From a bacterium (GTDB taxonomy: Bacteria > Patescibacteriota > Dojkabacteria > JAKAPS01 > JAJZLI01): a stretch of DNA of 64,000 bases. Under the pieces are notes generated by a model that was not told the origin of the DNA, searched no databases, and saw nothing but the letters and a program-made list of their open reading frames with translations. This document shows positions 56,895 to 64,000 of this stretch, in pieces; the first letter of the stretch is position 1, and every line of letters begins with the position of its first letter. Location of the stretch: contig DAHXLB010000032.1 of the NCBI GenBank assembly GCA_027371855.1, forward strand, positions 10,844-74,843, given 5' to 3'. The position numbers and the translations under genes are program-made.

Positions 56895-56970
56895 ATATTT
56901 AGAAAAAATTCTACTCTAATTTTGAAAAGATTGCAAATTTTCCTTTTATAAGTGTCTTTTATTTAAATAT

Positions 56971-57021
56971 TTGACATTTTTTATAACTCATCTATAATAG
57001 ACATATTTAACTCATCTATAA
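56971..57021 (+). promoter_or_regulatory. consensus sigma70 promoter overlapped by 14-bp direct repeats
   Basis: TTGACA 56971-76, 16 bp, TATAAT 56993-98; TAACTCATCTATAA at 56984 and 57008. Confidence 0.75.
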
Positions 57022-57027
57022 AACATT

Positions 57028-57279
57028 ATGCAAATACCTGGGCTTTCACAATTTGTTTCAAATATAGCTTCTTTACTAGTAACTACTGTAGAGACAGTGT
57101 TGTTAGTTATAGTAATAATACTTGGGATTCAATTTATTTTAAATGCAGATAACCCTCAAGAGAGGTCTAAACTTTTAAGGAGAATAATCTGGATAATGAT
57201 AGGTCTTTTTATTGTTCTTAGTGCTACTAGTTTAACGACGTTTATAAATGGGATTGTTAATTCGGGGACTGTCTATTAA
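57028..57279 (+). CDS. VirB2/TrbC-like pilin
   Basis: 83 aa, two hydrophobic helices joined by G-x-QFI...NPQERSK...I-x2-MIGL loop; first gene of a T4SS-like operon. Confidence 0.7.
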   Translation: MQIPGLSQFVSNIASLLVTTVETVLLVIVIILGIQFILNADNPQERSKLLRRIIWIMIGLFIVLSATSLTTFINGIVNSGTVY

Positions 57280-58168
57280 TTTATTATTTCTTTTTCTACT
57301 AGCATCTCCTATATTTGCTCAAGGTCAAAATATTGGAGGAGGGTGCTCTGGAGAGACATCATATTCTTTTGAAGGAGTAGTTTGTTCCTTAGGCTATATA
57401 ATAGATCAATTTACAGAATATACTCCTAATATTTTAAAACCAGGGGGAGGTGCTTTTGAAGGCGCTGCTATTTCTAACTATAGAAACGGGACTCAGTATC
57501 TTGCAATTTCAATTCTGCCTGTAATAATCCTTGTTTATGTTATACATTTAATTGGAGAAGCAACTGTGGGGAAGACCAATTTATCTCCCTCTGATTTATT
57601 GGGGAGTCTTTTTATTTCTGTTATATTCCTGTTTACATCGATATACTTTTTATCTTTCTTCATAACTTTTATAAATGTTATAGACCAATTCATAGTTGTT
57701 CATATGATAGGAGGGAGCTCAAGTTTATTCTCTACTATTATAAATACCATGGGGGCTCAGTCTCTGCAAATAGGGATATTTTCAGGAATTGTATCAATAA
57801 TACTGTATATACTGCTTATTATAGCCTTATTCATATTTTCCCTGCAGTTTATTATAAGATTCATTATGTTATGGATTTTAATCCTTTTATTCCCTATTTT
57901 TGTTGTTATATCTATATATCCACCCATGAGGGATTTATTACCCAATGCTTTTTCTAAAATAGTACAGCTTTTATTTATTCAACCAGCATTTCTTATTGGA
58001 ATTTCTGTTTTTGTAGTAATAGTGAATAATTATTCCATAGGGAATTTAGAAAGATTAATACTTGGAATTATAGTACTATTTTCTCTTTCATTGGTTCCTC
58101 AATTACTTGGAGGTGTTATTAACGAAAGGATATTTTCTCTGTCATCTAAAATGAAATCTATAATATAA
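57248..58168 (+). CDS. VirB6/TrbL-like membrane protein
   Basis: Signal-peptide-like start, multiple TMs, IIRFIMLWILILLFP, LFIQP, VPQLL. Confidence 0.7.
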   Translation: MGLLIRGLSINLLFLFLLASPIFAQGQNIGGGCSGETSYSFEGVVCSLGYIIDQFTEYTPNILKPGGGAFEGAAISNYRNGTQYLAISILPVIILVYVIHLIGEATVGKTNLSPSDLLGSLFISVIFLFTSIYFLSFFITFINVIDQFIVVHMIGGSSSLFSTIINTMGAQSLQIGIFSGIVSIILYILLIIALFIFSLQFIIRFIMLWILILLFPIFVVISIYPPMRDLLPNAFSKIVQLLFIQPAFLIGISVFVVIVNNYSIGNLERLILGIIVLFSLSLVPQLLGGVINERIFSLSSKMKSII

Positions 58169-58569
58169 TGGATAAGGTAAAAGTTTATAAAATAAAAAGC
58201 TTAAGAAATAATTATTTCTATATAACATCTGATATTTTTGTTGTGCTATTTTCAACACCTCCACTATTTGTTTTGATAATATCTTCTCTTGATATACATA
58301 TAAAAATATTCTTAGGTTCTTCTATTGTAGCCCTTTTTTATTTTCTAATAAAACAAAATTTTAGAGGTAGGCCTACATATTTATATATACTGGATCTACT
58401 TAAATATTTATTTAAAAATAAAAAATATATTTTCTTATACAATATTTTTGAAGTAGATTTACAAGAATCACTGATTCCAGAATCAATGATTCCCAAAATC
58501 AAAGTTCAATACTTAAAATTTTTAAATAATAAAATTAGTTTTAAAGGGGCTGGTCCCAAAGAGTCATAA
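58168..58569 (+). CDS. PrgI/VirB3-like membrane protein
   Basis: Two TMs then RGRP-x-YLY...Y-x-F-x-NKKY; position in operon. Confidence 0.55.
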   Translation: MDKVKVYKIKSLRNNYFYITSDIFVVLFSTPPLFVLIISSLDIHIKIFLGSSIVALFYFLIKQNFRGRPTYLYILDLLKYLFKNKKYIFLYNIFEVDLQESLIPESMIPKIKVQYLKFLNNKISFKGAGPKES

Positions 58570-58573
58570 TAAT

Positions 58574-59137
58574 ATGAAGAGAATTAATGAATTTTACCCA
58601 ATAATTGATGTTGTTGGAGGAACAATAATTCTAAAAGATCATTTTTATATGAGGATAATAGAAATTTTCCCTTTACATTTTGTATTATCAGAGGAAGATG
58701 TAAAGAATGATTTCATAAAAAAGTACAAAGAATTTTTAAAAGGGATACATATACCAATAGATATAACAGTAGTATCTAGGGAAATAGAAGAAAGTGAAGT
58801 TTTGAAATATATAAAAAATATTAAAGGACCTAGGGCCACAGGACCTGGGTCCAAAGGATCTAGATCTAAATCTGGAGAGATAAATTTACAAAAATTATAT
58901 AAAGACAGTTTTAAAATATTTTATAAGCAAAATAAAATTTATTCTCAAAGATTTTTTATAACGTATAAAATAAAATATCCCAGGAAACATTTATTTTTTA
59001 AAAAGGAATTAGACAATATAGACAATTCTTTGAAAATACATGATAAACAAATTTTATTCTTACTTTCTAAAACTCCACTACGTACAAAAATTATAAATAC
59101 AAGAGGAGAAATTATTAATATTTTAAGTTTTATATAA
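58574..59137 (+). CDS. T4SS-associated protein, divergent paralogue of 52856..53539
   Basis: PLHFVLS-x-ED...YKEFL-x2-I...RFFI pattern; directly precedes VirB4 copy 2. Confidence 0.6.
   Translation: MKRINEFYPIIDVVGGTIILKDHFYMRIIEIFPLHFVLSEEDVKNDFIKKYKEFLKGIHIPIDITVVSREIEESEVLKYIKNIKGPRATGPGSKGSRSKSGEINLQKLYKDSFKIFYKQNKIYSQRFFITYKIKYPRKHLFFKKELDNIDNSLKIHDKQILFLLSKTPLRTKIINTRGEIINILSFI
58826..58867. repeat. in-frame mini-palindrome array
   Basis: ggacctagggcc-aca-ggacctgggtcc-aaa-ggatctagatct, encoding GPRATGPGSKGSRS. Confidence 0.88.
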
Positions 59138-59140
59138 ATT

Positions 59141-60766
59141 ATGATTAAAAAGATAAGGGTAAACTTTAAAGGTTCAGAGGATGTTTTATTTCCAAGGTTA
59201 ATAACTGAAAAGCAAAAATATATAAAAATAGATAGTAGGTTTTATAAAATGTATTATCTGCATGACTTTCCTCAAGATGTTACACAATTTTATTTTTCTG
59301 ATTTTCTCAATTTGAATTCAAATATAACAATAAGACAATTTTTACAGCCCATTGATAAAAAAGCCTTACTTCAAGGTATAAAGATGAGGATTGCTGCACT
59401 ATCCACAAAAAGGCATAAAAGGATTTCTTCAGGTAAAATTAGGGATATGTCACTGGATGTTGAGATTTCAAATCTAGAAGATTTTAATTTATCTATTGTA
59501 AATCAAGAAGAAGAGGGAGTATTGTTTGGTATAGTTATTGCTATATCTGAAAATTCACAATCAAAATTAGATATTTCTTGTAAAAATTTTGAACTTTTTG
59601 CTGGATCACGTAGTTTCAAATTTTACCCATTAGATTTAAGGCAAGCAGAAGGTTATAAATCACTACTACATTCATCTTATTCCGATATATCTTTGCCAAC
59701 AATTATTAATCTTAATACAGTAGCAGCATCTACTCTGTTTACATCTAATAACCTTATTGATTTTACAGGAATAATATATGGAATAAATGTTAATACTAAA
59801 TCTATTATAGCTTTTGATATATTTAAATTTGAGAACTATAACGCAGTTGTATTTGCAAAGTCTGGAGCTGGAAAAAGTTTTTTTGCAAAAACTGTTATTC
59901 TGAGGATGGTATCAAAAGGTATAAAAACTATTGTTATAGATCCAGAAGGTGAATATTTGAATCTTGCAAAAAACCTGAATGGAAAGATACTTAAACTGAG
60001 TCATGATTCAATGTTTCATATAAATCCATTTGATTTAACTAAGAATGAGAATGTTGAAGAGAAGATACAATTTTTAAAAGGTTTTTTAAAACGTGCCTGT
60101 AGTTATTATGATAAAAACGAAATAGACAGAGCCCTAATTAAAGTATATAAGGAATATAAAACTCCTACATTTGTTGATTTATATAATATCCTTTTAAAAT
60201 CAAAGGCCCGAGTGGCAGATGAGATATACAATATAGCCTTGGGTACCAATGCTTCCTTGTATGCTCAAAAGACAAATATAAATATATCTTCCAATGACGA
60301 TTTAATTGTTTTTGATATTTCAAATTTAGATAATGAAAACATATCATTGATGATGTACCTTGTTTTAAATTTTATATGGAATATGCAAGATGGAAAAACT
60401 CAAAGAGAGATTTTTATTGATGAGGCACACAGGTTATTTGAAAATATGGATCTGGTTAATTATTTAAAAACAATTTCAAAAAGAGCAAGGAAATATAATT
60501 TTGGAATTTTCTATATAACTCAAGATGTGGAGGATTTTATTGTAACAGAACAAGGAAGGTCAATTATTGCGAATACATCACTTAAGGTATTGTTAAAACA
60601 GGAAAAAATAAACATACCTGGATTGTCACGCTCCTTCTCTCTCTCTGGTGATGAAAAAAATTCTTTATTGAAATTTGATATAGGGGAAGCTTTGATTATA
60701 GCTAAAGATATTCATATAAACAGTAAAATATTTGCATTTGATTTTGAAAAAGATTTTTTCGCATAG
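59141..60766 (+). CDS. VirB4-like ATPase (copy 2)
   Basis: ENYN-x-VVFAKSGAGKS, IDPEGEY, INPFDL, IFIDEAH, KRARKY, TQDVEDF, GEA. Confidence 0.9.
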   Translation: MIKKIRVNFKGSEDVLFPRLITEKQKYIKIDSRFYKMYYLHDFPQDVTQFYFSDFLNLNSNITIRQFLQPIDKKALLQGIKMRIAALSTKRHKRISSGKIRDMSLDVEISNLEDFNLSIVNQEEEGVLFGIVIAISENSQSKLDISCKNFELFAGSRSFKFYPLDLRQAEGYKSLLHSSYSDISLPTIINLNTVAASTLFTSNNLIDFTGIIYGINVNTKSIIAFDIFKFENYNAVVFAKSGAGKSFFAKTVILRMVSKGIKTIVIDPEGEYLNLAKNLNGKILKLSHDSMFHINPFDLTKNENVEEKIQFLKGFLKRACSYYDKNEIDRALIKVYKEYKTPTFVDLYNILLKSKARVADEIYNIALGTNASLYAQKTNINISSNDDLIVFDISNLDNENISLMMYLVLNFIWNMQDGKTQREIFIDEAHRLFENMDLVNYLKTISKRARKYNFGIFYITQDVEDFIVTEQGRSIIANTSLKVLLKQEKINIPGLSRSFSLSGDEKNSLLKFDIGEALIIAKDIHINSKIFAFDFEKDFFA

Positions 60767-60768
60767 AG

Positions 60769-61566
60769 TTATTTTACAAGCACAGCCTTAACTATGTATC
60801 TTTGAGTTCCAATACCTGGAGGTATACACGTCATAAGAGTAAGGTACTTTTTATTCTTTGATGCTGCTAGTACAGAAAAATCAGTAGGTTGAACTACTCT
60901 TGCTGTAAAGACCTTATACGTATATGTTATTCCTTTAAATTTTAGATAAATTAAATTTCCATTACTTAATTTTAATATGTTTGTGAAAATGCCAAGGAAA
61001 GAGCTGGGATATAAGTCGGCAAACCATTGGGGAGCAGAGTGACCATAGACATAAACATTTCCAGTTTCTCCAGGAAGAGCAGTCCCTTGCATTTGCGCAA
61101 GTGAATTTACAAGAACATGCTCATAGGCTTGTGTATTAAACCCGTCAACATTTGTTTTTACTGGGACATTATTAAGGTTTATAGTAGGAATGGAAAGGTA
61201 AAAATATCCTTTATAGCTTGAATCATTCTTTAGAGTTTGACTATTGATTATTTTTGTAAAATATGAGGATGATGGGTCTGCGTTTACTATAGCACTCTGA
61301 TATTTATGAAGAAGGTTTGTGTCTATATAATATTTAATAAGTGGAGATGCAGCTATAAACACAAAAAATCCTCCTATAACTATTAAAAATATAGATCCAT
61401 AATTAAATCGCAATTTTCTCTTCTGGAAGAGCCTTTTCTTTTTAAATCCTATCTTTGGCATTCTGAAGTATCTAGATACAAGATTCGTTTGGCCAAAAGG
61501 CATTTTAACCCTAAAAATTAAATTTTTTCTGGAGTGGATTTCTTTTACGTACATGTACTTTGCCAT
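60769..61566 (-). CDS. sortase
   Basis: N-terminal TM, LSIPTI, PGETGNVYVYGHS, LTLMTC, R in QRYIV (His-Cys-Arg triad). Confidence 0.92.
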   Translation of the reverse strand: MAKYMYVKEIHSRKNLIFRVKMPFGQTNLVSRYFRMPKIGFKKKRLFQKRKLRFNYGSIFLIVIGGFFVFIAASPLIKYYIDTNLLHKYQSAIVNADPSSSYFTKIINSQTLKNDSSYKGYFYLSIPTINLNNVPVKTNVDGFNTQAYEHVLVNSLAQMQGTALPGETGNVYVYGHSAPQWFADLYPSSFLGIFTNILKLSNGNLIYLKFKGITYTYKVFTARVVQPTDFSVLAASKNKKYLTLMTCIPPGIGTQRYIVKAVLVK

Positions 61567-61677
61567 AGGTGTTATTATATCATGAATATATGATATGCCT
61601 TATAAAACAAGAGGTAAAGGGCTTCGGGTGTATGCAGACTATCAGATTATTAACTTATATGCTAAAATATTTTCGCC

Positions 61678-62814
61678 ATGGATGATTATTATAAAATTTT
61701 AGGTGTATCAAAGGATTCCGATATAAAAGAAATCAAAAGAGCATATAGGAAGCTTGCAGGAGAACACCATCCTGATAAGAATAAATCTTCAGATGATAAA
61801 AAATTTAAAGAGATTAATGAAGCATATTCAGTTTTGTCTGATCCACAAAAAAGAGCTAGTTATGATAGATTCGGGAATGCTGACTTTGCAAATCAACAAG
61901 GAGGTCCTAGTGGTGGGTATACTTCTGGAAGGCAGGCTGGTGGTGCCACTGGTGGCTTTAGGTATGAAACTTCTAGTGCTAATTTTGGAGGATTTGAAGA
62001 TATATTTTCTGATCTTTTTGGTGGAGGATTCTCACAAACTGGTACTGGGTCAGGATCACAATCTAGATCTAGGTCTGGGACTCCAGATTTATCTGGAGAT
62101 GATATGGAAATATATATCAATGTTGACCTAAAAGATATAGTTTTTGGCGCAGAAAAACAGCTTTCTTTCTATGCTATGGTAAAATGTGCAACATGTAGAG
62201 GAATTGGATCTTCAACATTTAAAACTGAAACATGCTCTACTTGTAAGGGAAGTGGGCGCATAAGGAAGGTGTCACAAAGCTTCTTTGGAAATGTTGCAGT
62301 TGAAGAGGCATGTTCCACATGTAAGGGTACAGGAAAGATAATAAGAGATAAGTGTAGAATATGTGGAGGTTCTGGAAGAGTTAAACAATTAAAAAAAATG
62401 GTTGTTAAAATTCCAAAAGGCGCAAATGATGAAAGCATTTTAAAATTTCAAAAGGATGGAGGAGCAGGATTGAATGGAGGAGAAAGTGGAGACTTATATA
62501 TTCATATTAAGGTTAACCAAGACTCTAGATTCAGGAGGGATGGTAATGATTTAAAAGTGGAATCTCATATTAGTATTTCAACTGCAGTACTTGGGGGTGT
62601 ATTAAATATTGATACTCTATATGGAGCAATAAATTTGAAAATTCCACAAGGGACACAAAGTGGGGAAGTTTTTAGAATTAAACAAAAGGGTATTCCATAT
62701 CTTCATGGAAGAGGAATTGGAGATTTATATGTTACAGTTAAAGTAAACATTCCTAAAAGACTTTCAGGGAATGAGAAAAAACTATTTGAAACCTTAAAAA
62801 CTTTAGAGTATTAA
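61678..62814 (+). CDS. dnaJ: molecular chaperone DnaJ
   Basis: J domain with HPD, G/F region, four CxxCxGxG motifs, GDLY. Confidence 0.98.
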   Translation: MDDYYKILGVSKDSDIKEIKRAYRKLAGEHHPDKNKSSDDKKFKEINEAYSVLSDPQKRASYDRFGNADFANQQGGPSGGYTSGRQAGGATGGFRYETSSANFGGFEDIFSDLFGGGFSQTGTGSGSQSRSRSGTPDLSGDDMEIYINVDLKDIVFGAEKQLSFYAMVKCATCRGIGSSTFKTETCSTCKGSGRIRKVSQSFFGNVAVEEACSTCKGTGKIIRDKCRICGGSGRVKQLKKMVVKIPKGANDESILKFQKDGGAGLNGGESGDLYIHIKVNQDSRFRRDGNDLKVESHISISTAVLGGVLNIDTLYGAINLKIPQGTQSGEVFRIKQKGIPYLHGRGIGDLYVTVKVNIPKRLSGNEKKLFETLKTLEY

Positions 62815-62860
62815 TTTTTTATTGTTCAAATCATCTTGTTGGTATAGTATACTTATATTT

Positions 62861-64000
62861 ATGAGTGCTGCCTGCAAAACATCAAGTAAAAAGAAAAAAT
62901 CATTAGTAGAAAAATATGCAAAGTACTTTGTTTTAATATTGATAGCTATAATATCAATAGCTATCTTTGTTTTTATAAATAATGGTAAACATATATTTGC
63001 ATCTGGCCCAAGTGGTTTTTTAAAGGATCTAGTATATACAATAAACAATTCCGGAAATACAAATACACTTACTAATTATCAGGTAGAGGTAATCGTGAAT
63101 ACACAAGTTCTAATATCGGCTGGCCAGATGCAATCAGGATGTCAAGATATACTGTTTACTACTACATCTGGTACTAATATGTCATATTGGACAGAAGGAG
63201 GATGTAATACTACCACAACTCAAATATGGGTACTGATTCCATCTATTCCTGCATCTTCCTCTTTGAATTTTGATATGTGGTATGACAATTCTACTGCCAT
63301 AGCTGCAAGTGATGGTAGTACGACATTTAACTATTTTGATCAAGGAAATTCTTTATCTAATTGGACTACTGTAGGATCAGCTGGACAAAATACAACTACA
63401 GGGAACCCTGCTCCATCATATTATGCAAATTCCTCGAATGGTGATTATATGTATAACAATGTTGGGTTAACTCCTGGAGAAGTACTGACATTTAATATAA
63501 ATTCATCTGGGTTAGGGGATTTATTTTTTCTTACAAATTCAGCTGGTGCTGGACAGATGTATAGATCTGATACCAGGGGTGCGGGTTATTGGAGTGGTTT
63601 TGCGGCAACCAGTTCTTGGACAGCTTGGAGTGGGCCAGGAAGTGGGTTTAATTCAGTTAACAATACCTGGTATAAGTTTCAGATAGTAGTGACATCGTCA
63701 ACTTCTGCATCACTGTACTATAAACAAACTATAGGAGACTCTCCTAGTGTGAATGGAACATTAGTTGGAACGTATACCATAACAGATAATGGAGGATATA
63801 TAGGTCTTATAGGAGATGCTTTAGGATCATCATACACAACATACATAGATAATATTATTACAAGACAGTACTCTAATCCTGAACCTACTGTTGCATTGCA
63901 GGATTTAGCACCAAATTCTCCAACAACGCTTACTCAACAAAAAACCGAGGTTGGGCTTAATACCGGGACTTATTATTATGAAGTATCTGCACTAACCGCT
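62861..64000 (+). CDS. DUF2341-domain surface protein, >380 aa, runs off the right edge
   Basis: Manual translation MSAACKTSSKKKK-TM-...NTLTNYQV...DILF...YWTE...QIWVLIPSIP...RQYSNPEPT is open to 64000; paralogous to the N-terminal part of 37757..42121. Confidence 0.85.
   Translation, partial: MSAACKTSSKKKKSLVEKYAKYFVLILIAIISIAIFVFINNGKHIFASGPSGFLKDLVYTINNSGNTNTLTNYQVEVIVNTQVLISAGQMQSGCQDILFTTTSGTNMSYWTEGGCNTTTTQIWVLIPSIPASSSLNFDMWYDNSTAIAASDGSTTFNYFDQGNSLSNWTTVGSAGQNTTTGNPAPSYYANSSNGDYMYNNVGLTPGEVLTFNINSSGLGDLFFLTNSAGAGQMYRSDTRGAGYWSGFAATSSWTAWSGPGSGFNSVNNTWYKFQIVVTSSTSASLYYKQTIGDSPSVNGTLVGTYTITDNGGYIGLIGDALGSSYTTYIDNIITRQYSNPEPTVALQDLAPNSPTTLTQQKTEVGLNTGTYYYEVSALTA

Noticed and set aside
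57028-58168. Frameshifted single gene across the 32-nt overlap
   Set aside because: The second ORF starts with its own signal-peptide-like segment, and the first is a complete two-helix pilin-sized protein.
51077-60766. Integrative conjugative element or prophage
   Set aside because: No integrase, relaxase, coupling protein, phage genes, tRNA target or flanking direct repeats were seen; composition looks like the rest of the window.
61620-61677. CIRCE upstream of dnaJ
   Set aside because: Only a TGCTAA half-site is present, better explained as an extended -10 (TGcTAAAAT); there is no matching left arm at the 9-bp spacing.

Overview
AT-rich chromosomal window, most likely from a Patescibacteria (CPR; Microgenomates/WWE3/Dojkabacteria-like) bacterium using standard code 11. 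The taxonomy is inferred from gene content only. The window holds dnaA-oriC-dnaN with a convergent DciA-like gene, two tandem type IV pilins and a split type IV pilus system (PilC, minor pilins, a PilM-PilN fusion, PilO, PilB). It also holds hrcA-grpE-dnaK with a degenerate CIRCE, a distant dnaJ, a pentose-phosphate cluster (cyclase-family hydrolase, gnd, tal, pgi, zwf / rpiB, rpe), rpmH-rnpA-yidC and a GGDEF-ndh pair. Further on are a 1454-aa DUF2341/LamG/Fn3 surface protein coupled to a MacB-type ABC transporter, two separate VirB4-centred T4SS-like loci with no relaxase or integrase, and a sortase. I saw no tRNA, rRNA, CRISPR or transposase. The most striking unexplained signal is a dispersed family of ~12-bp mini-palindromes, often CTAG-centred with co-varying arms. 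They form 15-bp-period arrays inside coding sequence, where they add peptide to GrpE, Gnd, Ndh, TrmD, pilin leaders and T4SS proteins, and 14/15-bp-period arrays at gene ends, where they sometimes supply the stop codon. Other leads: a 66-bp perfectly homogenised block shared by the two pilins, a cyclase-family candidate for the missing 6-phosphogluconolactonase, and many apparently leaderless promoters. All calls come from reading motifs by eye; no database searches were run.
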